The position numbers were made by a program, and so were the translations under genes. This document shows, piece by piece, positions 19,551 to 29,849 of a stretch of DNA of 64,000 bases; position 1 is the first letter of the stretch, and each line of letters begins with the position of its first letter. Below the pieces are notes generated by a model. It ran no database searches and had not been told where the DNA came from. It saw only the letters and a program-made list of their open reading frames with translations. The stretch covers positions 124,001 through 188,000 of the IMG/VR virus record IMGVR_UViG_3300045999_010033, one strand, 5' to 3'.

Positions 19551-20349
19551 TTATATAATTTAATATCTTTTCGTTTTCTAACTTATCTTTTGTACCATGA
19601 TAAAAATATACACGACTGGAATCTTCACATTGTTCGTACATATTTTCATCTATAAAACTTTTTTTAATATTATAGTTTTTTTCACACAATTTAAATGTAG
19701 TAAATTTATGCGTATTTACAAAAATTCTATCATATTTTTCATTTAAATTATTTTTCCATAATAAAACATTTGCAGCGGTTTCATCTCTAAATGGAAAATA
19801 TGATGTGTGATTTTTTAAAAGATATTTATTTTCACAAATAGATTTCCATTCTTCTAAAAAATCAATTGAGTGTTTATCAAACGTAAAAAAACAAGCCATA
19901 ACATAAAACATAGATCTGTCTACTACTCCAAAGTATTTCATTAATTTTGTTTCATCAAATAAAATTGTTTCAGTATCACTTTTCCAAAAAGTAAATGGAT
20001 ATTCTATAACTCCCTCCGAAAAGCAAGGATATCCTAAATTTGATTTTATTTGAAATTGATTAAATCTTTTAGAAAGTATTATATCAGAGTCAAAATAACA
20101 AAAATCACCGTCAGTTCTATTCAACGCATCTAAAGAAATGGATGGTTTATAAAAATCAAATTTAGGTAAATAATTAATTTTTGGCCAAGGTATTTTTATT
20201 AAATTTTTGTGCTGTAAATTCGAATTGTATCCAATTGTATAATAGAATATATTATCCGGCTCAAAATTCGCGTATTGAAACGATTTTAAAAGATTTGAGA
20301 CCTGATATTCATAATTTATATCCGATAATACTACTATATTCATTTCCAA
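19537..20349 (-). CDS. GT-A fold glycosyltransferase (DxD type)
   Basis: 270 aa; FYKP, CYFDSD (DxD), FRDETAANVLLW and FYHG motifs; overlaps both neighbours (translational coupling). Confidence 0.7.
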   Translation of the reverse strand: MEMNIVVLSDINYEYQVSNLLKSFQYANFEPDNIFYYTIGYNSNLQHKNLIKIPWPKINYLPKFDFYKPSISLDALNRTDGDFCYFDSDIILSKRFNQFQIKSNLGYPCFSEGVIEYPFTFWKSDTETILFDETKLMKYFGVVDRSMFYVMACFFTFDKHSIDFLEEWKSICENKYLLKNHTSYFPFRDETAANVLLWKNNLNEKYDRIFVNTHKFTTFKLCEKNYNIKKSFIDENMYEQCEDSSRVYFYHGTKDKLENEKILNYINENS

Positions 20350-23300
20350 AAATTATATATTCTAAGTGTTCCATCTCCTAAAAAAAGTTGAAATGTAGAA
20401 AACCCAGTCGATGTCATTCTATCCATTATATATTTTGAATCATCTTCATTTAATATATTTCCATGAAATTCCAAAGAAACTTTTTTAACTTTAGATAAAT
20501 TTTCATCCGATATTCCTTCTAATACTTTTCTTTCATAGCCTTCTACATCGATTTTTAGAAAATCAATTTTTTCAAAAACATTATTTTCAAATAATGAATC
20601 TAATGTAGTAACTGGTACAAATTCGGATATTTGTCCTTCATTTGCAAAAGTTCCACACATTGTATCATCCGTTGAGTTTAAAAATATATTTTCAAATCCA
20701 TTTTTATTTGAAACACCCATTTTAAATATTTCACTATTTATAGGCTTGTTTCTTATTAGGCATTCAAACGCAATTTTACTCGGTTCAAAACTATATATTT
20801 TAGAAGCACCCTTGTAATACGCTGAGTTTGAAAATACCCCAACATTTGCCCCCAAATCAACAACAATATCACCATCTTCTATTTTACAATCAAATCTTTC
20901 ATATATACATCCATTTGTATATTCATCATAAGTAAAATGCATTTCTTTAAACATATGGTTACTTCCATCCATAAGTCCTATCCACATTTTATCCCATGTA
21001 AAATCTTCACTAAAATTATACAAATCGTAAAGCTTTATTTGTTGGTTTTTATTTAACCAATAATTTTTTTTTATTTTTGATGCATAAATAAATTTAGTAT
21101 TTTTTACTGTAGATTGTTCAACCTTAAATCCTAATTCTTTTAATTTTTTAATCATATTTTCTACTTTACCCATACCATTTTCAAAGTAAAAATCATGATA
21201 TTCAATTAAAAAGCTATCTATTTTTTCTACAATTTCTTTTGAAAGAGTATCTATTATACCAAATTCTGCTCCTTCTACATCAATTTTTATTAAATCTATT
21301 TTTTCTTCGTTAGAATTTTTTATAGCTTCTTCTAATGTAATAGCACTTACATCATACGATGGAGAGTGACCGGATTCTGCTATAAGAGATGAAATCAAAG
21401 AGTTTTCTTCATTTATGTAAAATTTTAGTGATGCGTTTTCCTTGTAAATTGCTTTATCAATTATTGTTATATTTTTATCATTTTTTAATGATTTTTCTAA
21501 ATGAAGTAACGCTTTTTTATTTGGCTCAAAGCAATATACCTTTTTTGCATTTCTAGATAAAATGTATTTTGTCCAAAGTCCAACGTTTGCACCAATATCA
21601 AATACAACTTTACAATTATCTAAATCATATGAATCATATATTCCATCTATAAAAAATTCTTCATAATTTAGAAAAATAGGTTCAGTATTTGATATATTTA
21701 ATTCTGGTTTTTTTATGGGGATATCTTTTAATTTCAATTCCTTAAACTCCAATAGTTGTTCATTTTCATTGTAGTATTCTATTAAAAATCCTGAAAAATT
21801 TGGATGATTTTTAAAATCAATTACATGCTTTGGCAGTGGGATAGTCCAAAACCAAGCTCCAGAATTAGCAGGAGGTAAAGACATTGAGTATATGCATGCT
21901 TTCGAATCTACATCTTTAATACATAATTTTAAATGTTTATCTATGTTTTCTAAATATACTATATTGAATTTGTTTTCATTTTCATCAAATTTTAAATCTA
22001 TTGGTAATTTCATTTTTTCTTTGTTATCCCGATTATTAAATTTTATTTGTCCTGCGTTTGAATACAATTGGATATCATTAGAATTGTATTCAATTACTTT
22101 TGTTTCAAGTAAACTTTTATTTACAAATGTTTTAATTTTTATAGTGCAACTATCGTTTAATTTTACAATTTTATATTTTTTATTATTTTGATATAAAAAT
22201 GAATCAACTTTTTTATCTGAAAGTTGAATTTCAAAATCATATTCAATTAAATCATTTGTTGTAATTATAAGGTATGCAGTTTTTTCTTCATCTAAAAGTA
22301 TTTCATACTTAATACTCTGATATGATGATATATTTATTTGGCTATCAAAAAAATAATCTTTAACATAGTTTTTTATTAAAAGTACTTTATTTTGATTAAA
22401 ACACTTATAAAAAAAATACTCTAAACAATTAGGAAATTGTGAAGCAAAATTTTGATTATAAATTTCCAAATCAATCGGAAAATATGAATTAAATTGATTT
22501 AAAAATGATTCCGTCTTTCCAATAAAAAAGCTTGTTTCATAATATTGGCCAACGATATCGCCAAATACTGCTTTTGGTGGATAAAAGAAAACAAACTCTT
22601 TTTCTTCTTTAATCATTTCATTTTCTAATAATTGTATTTGTTCTATTCCTTTTTTCGAATATTTGTGATCAAACTCACAAAAATAGAAATGGTCATATCC
22701 TAAACTTTTAGCAGAATTTAATGCTAATCGCATAGAACGTATGATTGGAAATTCATGCGAATAATTTAAATTTTGTAAAATACTAAAATCTTCATTTATA
22801 TCATACGCGTAATTATGGCTAACGTTAAATCTATTATCCGAATCATATAAATGATAATCTACCGATGAAACTATATCTCCTGGCAATGTGCAATGTGATA
22901 CAATCATAATTGGGCATCGCATTGGTTTTATAGATTTTATACAATCTCTAAGAAGATTTAATTTAACATCAGTAGTTGCATATGTATCTATTATAAAAAT
23001 TTTATTTTTACTATTTGTTTCTATATTTTCATTTTTTTTTAATCCCAATATTTCTACAATCTTTTCCGAATTAACATCGGAATCGATATTGTTCAAATAC
23101 TGAATATTTTCATACTTATCAAAATATCCCAAATAAACATCTAAATTGTAAATTAAACTAGGTATGTTCCAACCAATTGCTTCTCTAATAACAAGTGGCA
23201 TGGTTTCTTTATCAGTAGAATGACCACGAGATGTAAACAAAAATAAATCTGCCATTTCATAAAACGTATCTACATCACTACGTTCTCCCCACCATTTACA

Positions 23301-24002
23301 ATTTGATGGAAAATCCCGCATAATCGGCTCCCAATAGTGCCTAAAATTATCCGCTTGGTTACCTATAAAGTGAAATTGAATTGGATATCCTTTTAACTTT
23401 CTTGCATATTCAATAACTTCTGCTTGATTTTTTCTTGGTGTAAAAAGACCCACATTTATAACGTGCCTAACATTCGGGTCTAAACCTAATCCGATTAGTA
23501 TTTCTTCCCTACTACGTGTTTTTGTTTTAGATTCAATTGGATATTCTACCAATTCAGTTGGAATACCCAATACTTTAAATTTATTTACCTGATAATCTGA
23601 AACCATTAAGAATCTATCAGGAAAATGCAATTTACCATTAATATCAAATCCGGAATCGTGAGATGTTTCTATAATTTTATACTTCCTATCTTCTTTATAA
23701 ATTCTGAGAGCAAGTTCGTATGGAATAAAATATTCGGGTAATTCTTGAAAATGAATTATATCGGGGTTTATACCAACTATTTCATTTAGTATCCAATTTT
23801 TATCTTCACCCAATGTAATCAATCGTTTTCCAAGTATAGATTCGATACGATTTCGTTGAACTACTAATTTTCCACCGGTATGATTATCCCATTCAATACA
23901 ATATATCTCATAATCATTTATGAGAGATTCTATTTGTTTATAAAGATATTGAGGTTGCCCACCGGTTGATAAATGTGGCGTTATAAAAAGTAACTTTTGC
24001 AT
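20340..24002 (-). CDS. multidomain protein: GT4 glycosyltransferase + putative GT-A-like domain + two FkbM-family SAM methyltransferases
   Basis: 1220 aa; FITPHLSTGGQPQYL, NVGLFTPRKNQ, ETMPLVIREA (EX7E); FkbM1 VFDIGANVG...EPN...IKIDVEGAE; FkbM2 VVDLGANVG...FEPS...LKIDVEGYE. Confidence 0.85.
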   Translation of the reverse strand: MQKLLFITPHLSTGGQPQYLYKQIESLINDYEIYCIEWDNHTGGKLVVQRNRIESILGKRLITLGEDKNWILNEIVGINPDIIHFQELPEYFIPYELALRIYKEDRKYKIIETSHDSGFDINGKLHFPDRFLMVSDYQVNKFKVLGIPTELVEYPIESKTKTRSREEILIGLGLDPNVRHVINVGLFTPRKNQAEVIEYARKLKGYPIQFHFIGNQADNFRHYWEPIMRDFPSNCKWWGERSDVDTFYEMADLFLFTSRGHSTDKETMPLVIREAIGWNIPSLIYNLDVYLGYFDKYENIQYLNNIDSDVNSEKIVEILGLKKNENIETNSKNKIFIIDTYATTDVKLNLLRDCIKSIKPMRCPIMIVSHCTLPGDIVSSVDYHLYDSDNRFNVSHNYAYDINEDFSILQNLNYSHEFPIIRSMRLALNSAKSLGYDHFYFCEFDHKYSKKGIEQIQLLENEMIKEEKEFVFFYPPKAVFGDIVGQYYETSFFIGKTESFLNQFNSYFPIDLEIYNQNFASQFPNCLEYFFYKCFNQNKVLLIKNYVKDYFFDSQINISSYQSIKYEILLDEEKTAYLIITTNDLIEYDFEIQLSDKKVDSFLYQNNKKYKIVKLNDSCTIKIKTFVNKSLLETKVIEYNSNDIQLYSNAGQIKFNNRDNKEKMKLPIDLKFDENENKFNIVYLENIDKHLKLCIKDVDSKACIYSMSLPPANSGAWFWTIPLPKHVIDFKNHPNFSGFLIEYYNENEQLLEFKELKLKDIPIKKPELNISNTEPIFLNYEEFFIDGIYDSYDLDNCKVVFDIGANVGLWTKYILSRNAKKVYCFEPNKKALLHLEKSLKNDKNITIIDKAIYKENASLKFYINEENSLISSLIAESGHSPSYDVSAITLEEAIKNSNEEKIDLIKIDVEGAEFGIIDTLSKEIVEKIDSFLIEYHDFYFENGMGKVENMIKKLKELGFKVEQSTVKNTKFIYASKIKKNYWLNKNQQIKLYDLYNFSEDFTWDKMWIGLMDGSNHMFKEMHFTYDEYTNGCIYERFDCKIEDGDIVVDLGANVGVFSNSAYYKGASKIYSFEPSKIAFECLIRNKPINSEIFKMGVSNKNGFENIFLNSTDDTMCGTFANEGQISEFVPVTTLDSLFENNVFEKIDFLKIDVEGYERKVLEGISDENLSKVKKVSLEFHGNILNEDDSKYIMDRMTSTGFSTFQLFLGDGTLRIYNFWK

Positions 24003-24023
24003 AACAATTTAAATTTATGTATT

Positions 24024-24055
24024 CAAATATACATATAATATTTTATTTTTTGAAA
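24024..24055 (-). promoter_or_regulatory. Bacteroidota-type -33/-7 promoter candidate for the glycosyltransferase operon
   Basis: Minus strand TTTC-N20-TATATTTG (perfect TAnnTTTG), 21 nt upstream of the ATG at 24002. Confidence 0.55.
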
Positions 24056-24083
24056 TAAAATAAAAATAATTATATTTAAAATT

Positions 24084-24335
24084 TTATACATATGGTGATG
24101 GTGGTTTCCACTCATCGGTTAATAGTATGTCAGATATCTCTTCTATTGTATATGGGCCTTCTTTAGTTTCCAACAAATCTAAAAACCAAGGTTCTATCTC
24201 AGTATTCCACTTTACAAAAGTTTTAGTTCCATTTATAGATTTTCTGATTGTGTATTGAGATTCTTCGCAGACTACACTAAAATCTACTTTAGGTAGTTCT
24301 TGCACATTAAATATTATATATTTTTTTAATTCCAT
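24084..24335 (-). CDS. small conserved protein (83 aa), paralogue of 32027..32284
   Basis: Start moved to MELKK. YIIFNVQELPKVDFSVV...TKTFVKW...TKEGPYT aligns with FIIFNVSELHKIDFSQV...TKTFIKW...TKEGPYT. Confidence 0.75.
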   Translation of the reverse strand: MELKKYIIFNVQELPKVDFSVVCEESQYTIRKSINGTKTFVKWNTEIEPWFLDLLETKEGPYTIEEISDILLTDEWKPPSPYV

Positions 24336-24339
24336 ATCT

Positions 24340-25098
24340 TTATAATCCAAATCTTGTTTTATCAGCATCGTAGTTTTGTGTCAACTCTGCATCTGTCAAT
24401 GCTCTATTATATACCCTAAATATGTACATATTTCCTTTAAAATATTCAGCGTCAGCAGGAATGGCTGCTAGAAGAACCGGATTAGCGTTTAAAGTCATTG
24501 TATTAGGTATATTAGTGTCAGCCGCTCTCTGTACTGAGTTTCTAATAATCTGTCTATAAGGGGATGTTCCTGTTCTTCTTCTAAATACAAAATATGCATT
24601 TTGATTTATCAACCCGCTATCTGTAAATTGTATCCTTTGGTTAACACTATCAAAATAATACGTGTCAAAATATGGAGTATGAGCAAATAAACCACGTATA
24701 TTTTCAGTTGCTGTAAATCTAAAACTAGTACCTCCTACCGCTTGTGTCGGTTTTATTACCATTTCTATTGTACAGTCTGCTGTTATACCAAATGTGTTTG
24801 AATTAGGTCCTGTAGCATGATCATTAGTACCATCAAAAACTATCGCTCCTCCACTCTCAGTACTGTAGGTAGGTCCATTTACAAGAGTAAAATTATTACC
24901 ATAACCACTTATATCAGTCCAAGTAGTTCCTGATCCGGGATAAGAAGATGCATTTCCTGCATCTAAATATAATCTAAGTCCATCTGTTACTATTGAAGAT
25001 ATTGGTGGTATGGGTAAACTGCCTAATCTACTTGTATCCGTTCTCGGATATAATCTATCTCCAAAACTTCCACTTTTTTCTTGAAACGCTCTAAACAT
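24340..25098 (-). CDS. LamG / concanavalin A-like lectin-fold virion protein (paralogue 7)
   Basis: IVTDGLRLYLDAGNASSYPGSGTTWTD...FRVYNRALTDAELTQNYDADKTRFGL. Confidence 0.8.
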   Translation of the reverse strand: MFRAFQEKSGSFGDRLYPRTDTSRLGSLPIPPISSIVTDGLRLYLDAGNASSYPGSGTTWTDISGYGNNFTLVNGPTYSTESGGAIVFDGTNDHATGPNSNTFGITADCTIEMVIKPTQAVGGTSFRFTATENIRGLFAHTPYFDTYYFDSVNQRIQFTDSGLINQNAYFVFRRRTGTSPYRQIIRNSVQRAADTNIPNTMTLNANPVLLAAIPADAEYFKGNMYIFRVYNRALTDAELTQNYDADKTRFGL

Positions 25099-25107
25099 AA
25101 GTATTTT

Positions 25108-25512
25108 TTAGAAATCTCCTTGCATTGCAAATACACTACAAGACACACTCGATGATAGTGCGGTTACACCTACTTGTACGCGTGAGCCCGAATTAATTTG
25201 AAAATCCGAATAAGATGTTACCACTCTATAAGAACCAGTAACTGCAGTTACGGTAAATACAGGAATTGGTATTTCATCGAATATTCTAGGGCTCGCTCCT
25301 GCGGTATTTGTTACAAACACCATTAACGATCCAGTAATTGTGTTTCCTGTAAATTTAACTCCTATTTGAGTAATCTTAGACCCGCTCGCTCCGGCTGTAA
25401 CTAAAGTTGTTAATCCTGCAGTAACTCCGGTTCTATCTGTATATGTACCCGAAAGATATGCTTGTGCCAAATTCGGTGTTAATGCAAAAATTGGTGATGT
25501 GTTTTGTGGCAT
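25108..25512 (-). CDS. hypothetical fibre-associated protein (134 aa)
   Basis: MPQNTSPIFALTP N-terminus, beta-rich; between fibre and LamG genes. Confidence 0.7.
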   Translation of the reverse strand: MPQNTSPIFALTPNLAQAYLSGTYTDRTGVTAGLTTLVTAGASGSKITQIGVKFTGNTITGSLMVFVTNTAGASPRIFDEIPIPVFTVTAVTGSYRVVTSYSDFQINSGSRVQVGVTALSSSVSCSVFAMQGDF

Positions 25513-25527
25513 AAAAATTGTGTTTTA

Positions 25528-25535
25528 TATAAATA
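25528..25535 (-). promoter_or_regulatory. TATTTATA putative late promoter
   Basis: Exact motif in a 27-nt gap. Confidence 0.55.
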
Positions 25536-25539
25536 TATA

Positions 25540-28218
25540 TTAATAATTGTAGAACATATATAGTTTTGCTCCTGCAGGTATAGGTTCTGCACCTATTATA
25601 CTACCAGTTATTGTCAGGCTCCCACTTATATCTAATTGGGAATTAAGTGCAGTTTCTTTTCCAATTCCAACACGAGATTGTGATACAAATAATGCACGTG
25701 TTCCGTATTGTCCGATTCGGACCGTATTATCGGAAAACGCTTCCATTATAGGAAGACCTGCTATTGTATTAACACTAAATAGAGATCCGGTAAAGCTATC
25801 ACTAACACTAAATAGTCTTCCCGAAACACCATCAACCGTCAATACATTAGAACCACTGCCTATAAATGCCGATGCGGTAGATGAGGCCGACACTATTAGA
25901 CTACCGGTTATAATCGCTCTACCAACATATGGAAATGTAGCCCCAGCACCACCCGGCGCCCAAGAGGCAGATACTGCAAATGATGCAGTACCGAACAATG
26001 AACCGGTTATGCTTCCACTTACACTTAAACTACCAGTTACGGTGTGTACGTCGGAAACTACATTACCTATTCTAACCCCGGTGTTAAGTACTTGGAGTTC
26101 AATTGAACTACCGGTAATAACAGTGAGTGAACCGGTGATGATTGTATTGCCGTTCACATCGAGTTTTGCGTTGGGAGATGTTGTTCCTATACCTAAGTTA
26201 CCTGTACTAGAAAAGATATAGTTAGCATTATTACTATTACCTGCTAGGAAATATAAAGGTATGCTAGTACCTATCGAACTTATATAGTTACTGGTTGGCC
26301 CGCCACCTCCTGCTAATAAAAGGCCGTAGCCAGAATCTGTTATTTTAATTGTTCTATTTCCTGCTGTGCTGACGCTTCCTATCTGCAAATTACTATCGGG
26401 TGATGTAGTTCCTATACCTACGTTTCCTTCTATAATCATACCGGATGTTGGTGGAGCAGTATCACCATAAACGGATCCCACTGAAACACTTGCCACCGAT
26501 AATCCGGTATATCCGTTGCCTGAGTTAAGCATTCCAAATCTGGAAAATCCGGTGGTACTATATTGTACTCTATTTTGTCCAGTATCTCCTCCGATAGAAA
26601 ACGCATTAGTACCTGTAAACCTGCCGATTCCTGCTACTTCTAGTTTTTGATTAGGAGTCGTTGTACCAATACCAACGTTTCCGCTTCCACTTATGAAAAA
26701 GTATTCAGCTCCAGCAGAACTTTGAACTCTCATTAAATTATCGGAAGCTACACTACCACTAATATGCAAAGAAGCAGTAGGAAATCTAGTACCAATGCCT
26801 ACTCTGGCAGACCCCACGGTTCCTCCTACTGAATCTATTGTTAATACCGCATCGGTAACTGCGGTAGCAGATGTGTTAGAATTATTATTTAATAAAATGT
26901 GTATCTTTCCACTAGCATTCGCTCCTTGTCCATGTCCATCCGTTCTTTCAAAAACAAGTGCAGATTTTCTATAATTGGAATTTGCAGGCTCAACGTACCC
27001 AAAAGATATTCCTGCTATTTGAGTGTTTGCTATTTGAGATCCAAAACTAGAGACTACCCCCGCAGCTCCTCCATTTACATCTAATTTATATTGAGGAGTT
27101 GTAGTGCTTATACCGACGTTTCCATTTGTTCTTAATATAGTCATTCTATCGGTCAAAGTCCCATCTCCTGTAGAAAAAACTAACCCCGAAATAGCAGAAG
27201 ACTCAGCAGTAATTGCTGCTTGTTTTACCGTGCCCCCAGTGCTCAATATAATATGAGGAGTTGCTGTTGTTGGATTTGTTGTATACGCAATCTCTAGCTT
27301 TGCCCCAGGACTTGTTGTACCGATACCAACATTACTACTTGAACTTATGAATATATTAGTCGCACCCGATGCACCTTGATCCTGAATAGATCCAGTTGCA
27401 ATTGTCGTTGTACTATTGAATTTAGAAACAAAGTTAGTTACACCTGTCGTAGATACCGATGTTCCACTACTGCCACTGCTGCCACTACTGCCGGTTGAAC
27501 CACTACTTCCACTACTTCCTGCTGTCCCGCTACTTCCTGCAGTTCCGCTGCTGCCGGTTGAACCGCTACTTCCGCTACTTCCTGCAGTTCCGCTGGTCCC
27601 GCTACTACCACGCGTGCCACTAGTTCCGCTACTTCCGCTGCTGCCGGTCGAACCACTGCTTCCGCTGCTTCCTGCAGTTCCACTGCTGCCGGTTGACCCG
27701 CTACTTCCACTACTTCCTGCAGTCCCGCTGCTGCCGCTACTGCCGGTTGAACCACTGCTTCCGCTGCTTCCTGCAGTTCCACTGCTGCCGGTTGACCCGC
27801 TACTTCCACTACTTCCTGCAGTTCCGCTACTGCCGCTACTGCCGGTTGAACCACTACTTCCGCTGCTACCTGCAGTTCCACTAGTACCGGATGTTGCGGC
27901 AGTATACGATGTTCCATTTATTATTAGTGAACCTGATATATTAACAGATCCGGTAAATTGGTGTGTATTGGATACTATTGTTCCAAACTTTGTAGAACCA
28001 CTTACATATTCAGTTGATGAACTTATTATTTGTGTTACGATAGTTTGCGCTGTGAGTGTTCCACGAACCGTAAAATTGTCCGCAGAAGATGCGGTTAACG
28101 CAACAGATGCAGTTCCTAAGAGAGAACCAGTAATACCCGCACTTACATTAAGAGAGCCGGTTATTTGTGAGCTATTAAGAGCTATTACACCATTTCTGGC
28201 TATAAATTCATTTGGCAT
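25540..28218 (-). CDS. tail fibre (892 aa) with a Gly-Ser/Thr block and repeated GNVGIGTTxP shaft motifs
   Basis: MPNEFIARNG start; several (N/R)(V/L)GI(G/S)T(T/R) repeats; C-terminal LFSV.D...GSLFSVN.I.GLPI.E.FSD module shared with the 2301-aa fibre. Confidence 0.8.
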   Translation of the reverse strand: MPNEFIARNGVIALNSSQITGSLNVSAGITGSLLGTASVALTASSADNFTVRGTLTAQTIVTQIISSSTEYVSGSTKFGTIVSNTHQFTGSVNISGSLIINGTSYTAATSGTSGTAGSSGSSGSTGSSGSSGTAGSSGSSGSTGSSGTAGSSGSSGSTGSSGSSGTAGSSGSSGSTGSSGTAGSSGSSGSTGSSGSSGTSGTRGSSGTSGTAGSSGSSGSTGSSGTAGSSGTAGSSGSSGSTGSSGSSGSSGTSVSTTGVTNFVSKFNSTTTIATGSIQDQGASGATNIFISSSSNVGIGTTSPGAKLEIAYTTNPTTATPHIILSTGGTVKQAAITAESSAISGLVFSTGDGTLTDRMTILRTNGNVGISTTTPQYKLDVNGGAAGVVSSFGSQIANTQIAGISFGYVEPANSNYRKSALVFERTDGHGQGANASGKIHILLNNNSNTSATAVTDAVLTIDSVGGTVGSARVGIGTRFPTASLHISGSVASDNLMRVQSSAGAEYFFISGSGNVGIGTTTPNQKLEVAGIGRFTGTNAFSIGGDTGQNRVQYSTTGFSRFGMLNSGNGYTGLSVASVSVGSVYGDTAPPTSGMIIEGNVGIGTTSPDSNLQIGSVSTAGNRTIKITDSGYGLLLAGGGGPTSNYISSIGTSIPLYFLAGNSNNANYIFSSTGNLGIGTTSPNAKLDVNGNTIITGSLTVITGSSIELQVLNTGVRIGNVVSDVHTVTGSLSVSGSITGSLFGTASFAVSASWAPGGAGATFPYVGRAIITGSLIVSASSTASAFIGSGSNVLTVDGVSGRLFSVSDSFTGSLFSVNTIAGLPIMEAFSDNTVRIGQYGTRALFVSQSRVGIGKETALNSQLDISGSLTITGSIIGAEPIPAGAKLYMFYNY
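27460..27890 (-). repeat. (Gly-X-Y)n Ser/Thr block
   Basis: GTAGSSGSSGSTGSS units; 9-nt periodicity; boundaries approximate. Confidence 0.95.
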
Positions 28219-28264
28219 ACGGGTATTATTTTAGTTCCACTATCCCTAAAAATAATGTGTCAGA

Positions 28265-28272
28265 TATAAATA
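28265..28272 (-). promoter_or_regulatory. TATTTATA putative late promoter (892-aa fibre)
   Basis: Exact intergenic motif. Confidence 0.55.
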
Positions 28273-28285
28273 TAAAATTCCGAAG

Positions 28286-28462
28286 TTAAACCTCTGCAAT
28301 ACGATATTTTCTGCCACTTGTATCTGCGGAATCTAATTCTTCCATTTTTTGTTGGGCTTCTTCTAAAGTATCAAATTCCCATATAGGGTCATTTATTTCT
28401 AATTTTTGAACCCAAATTTGCTCGTTGTCGGGAATGAATTGCATTTGTATTTGATAAATCAT
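28286..28462 (-). CDS. small hypothetical protein (58 aa) missing from the ORF track
   Basis: Hand translation: MIYQIQMQFIPDNEQIWVQKLEINDPIWEFDTLEEAQQKMEELDSADTSGRKYRIAEV*; fills the gap in operon orientation. Confidence 0.7.
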   Translation of the reverse strand: MIYQIQMQFIPDNEQIWVQKLEINDPIWEFDTLEEAQQKMEELDSADTSGRKYRIAEV

Positions 28463-28489
28463 ATTAGTTATTTTTTTCGTTTATAGATA

Positions 28490-29176
28490 TTATGATAGTC
28501 CGAATCGGGATTTTAGAGCGTTGTAGTTTTGAAGGATTTGTGATGCAGATAATCCTACATTATATAGTTTAACTATTGATATTCGTCCTGTGATATATGT
28601 GTGAAACCCTGCAAAACCAACAGTAATAGCTTCATTTGATGCTGTCCACGGTCCGGATGCAGTCGATGTTCCAATACTAATTGTATTTAGGTAAAGTGAG
28701 TGTGTCGTACCCGATGTGGTCGCACATATATGATTCCATCTATTTAATTCTAACAATGGAGTTGTTGGATATATTGATGGATCGGTTCCTCCATATCTTT
28801 GCCATAATAATCGTCTATCGGCTGCGTACCATAATCCGAACGTTCTGTTATTACCACCATTACCACCGGTGCCCACTATTCTAACCCAATCAGATGGACT
28901 TGAGGTAACATATATCCAAGATTCAACTGTTATGTCGGTTGTAAATTGAGAAGAAATTGATGTTGAGTTAATGTAATCGTTAGTTCCATCGAAAGAAATA
29001 CTGCCTCCATTTCCACTATCAAACGTAGGACCATTTATCAAAGTTCCATTATTTTGATTAATCGTTATATCATTCCAAATCGTATCTGTTCCGATATAAC
29101 TATTTTTATCCGCAGCATCAAGCGCCAAAACTAGTCCGTTTGTGATAACTTGTTCAGGTCCAGCTATTTTTCCCAT
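28490..29176 (-). CDS. LamG-like lectin-fold protein (paralogue 6)
   Basis: VITNGLVLALDAADKNSY...WNHICAT...LYNVGLSASQILQNYNALKSRFGL. Confidence 0.85.
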   Translation of the reverse strand: MGKIAGPEQVITNGLVLALDAADKNSYIGTDTIWNDITINQNNGTLINGPTFDSGNGGSISFDGTNDYINSTSISSQFTTDITVESWIYVTSSPSDWVRIVGTGGNGGNNRTFGLWYAADRRLLWQRYGGTDPSIYPTTPLLELNRWNHICATTSGTTHSLYLNTISIGTSTASGPWTASNEAITVGFAGFHTYITGRISIVKLYNVGLSASQILQNYNALKSRFGLS

Positions 29177-29186
29177 TTTTTATTTT

Positions 29187-29849
29187 TTAAGTTAATCCGA
29201 ATCGGGATTTTTGTGCATTATAGTTTTGTAAAACTTCGGCATCTGTTAATTGTCTATTATAAAATTGAATACATGATATTGAACCACCCATACCATTGCC
29301 TATATTGAACGTGCTTGCTTGTCCTGAAGGTGTACTTGTATTATTGGGACCATTGGCATTTCCATTTTCAATACCGTTTTTCCATATTGTTCGGTATCCA
29401 TTTGAATTTTTGAATCTAAATGCTAAATGTGTCCATCCTGTCCCCTCAATATTACCAGATCCATATGTATAATAATCATTAGCACCTGAATTTAAATATA
29501 AAAGTGGTGCAACATCAAAATAACTAGCAAAAAGACCCGAATTTAATCCATCAACTAAATACCCCGCACCACCTGCGTTTACACTTACATTAACCCAAGC
29601 AAGAACAGACCATTCTTGTGTTAAATTTGATTGATTTAGTGGATTCGATACTGATGCCAAATCATTTGTTGCATCAAAAACCATTGCATTATTTGAAAAA
29701 CTAGCACCATTAGTTAATGTTGCATTTTTACCATTACCACTCACATCAAACCAAGTAGTCCCACTACCAGGATAACTATTTCTATCGGCTGCATCTAAGT
29801 TCAACACTAATCCATTGGTTACTATTGTTGGTCCGTGATAAAAACTCAT
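29187..29849 (-). CDS. LamG-like lectin-fold protein (paralogue 5)
   Basis: IVTNGLVLNLDAADRNSYPGSG...WTHLAF...FYNRQLTDAEVLQNYNAQKSRFGL. Confidence 0.85.
   Translation of the reverse strand: MSFYHGPTIVTNGLVLNLDAADRNSYPGSGTTWFDVSGNGKNATLTNGASFSNNAMVFDATNDLASVSNPLNQSNLTQEWSVLAWVNVSVNAGGAGYLVDGLNSGLFASYFDVAPLLYLNSGANDYYTYGSGNIEGTGWTHLAFRFKNSNGYRTIWKNGIENGNANGPNNTSTPSGQASTFNIGNGMGGSISCIQFYNRQLTDAEVLQNYNAQKSRFGLT

Noticed and set aside
17460-24002. Glycosyltransferases as T4-type DNA glucosyltransferases
   Set aside because: Not excluded, but disfavoured: they sit within the fibre module with an Aah/TibC-like domain and FkbM domains, and no hydroxymethylase or nucleotide-modification genes are adjacent.
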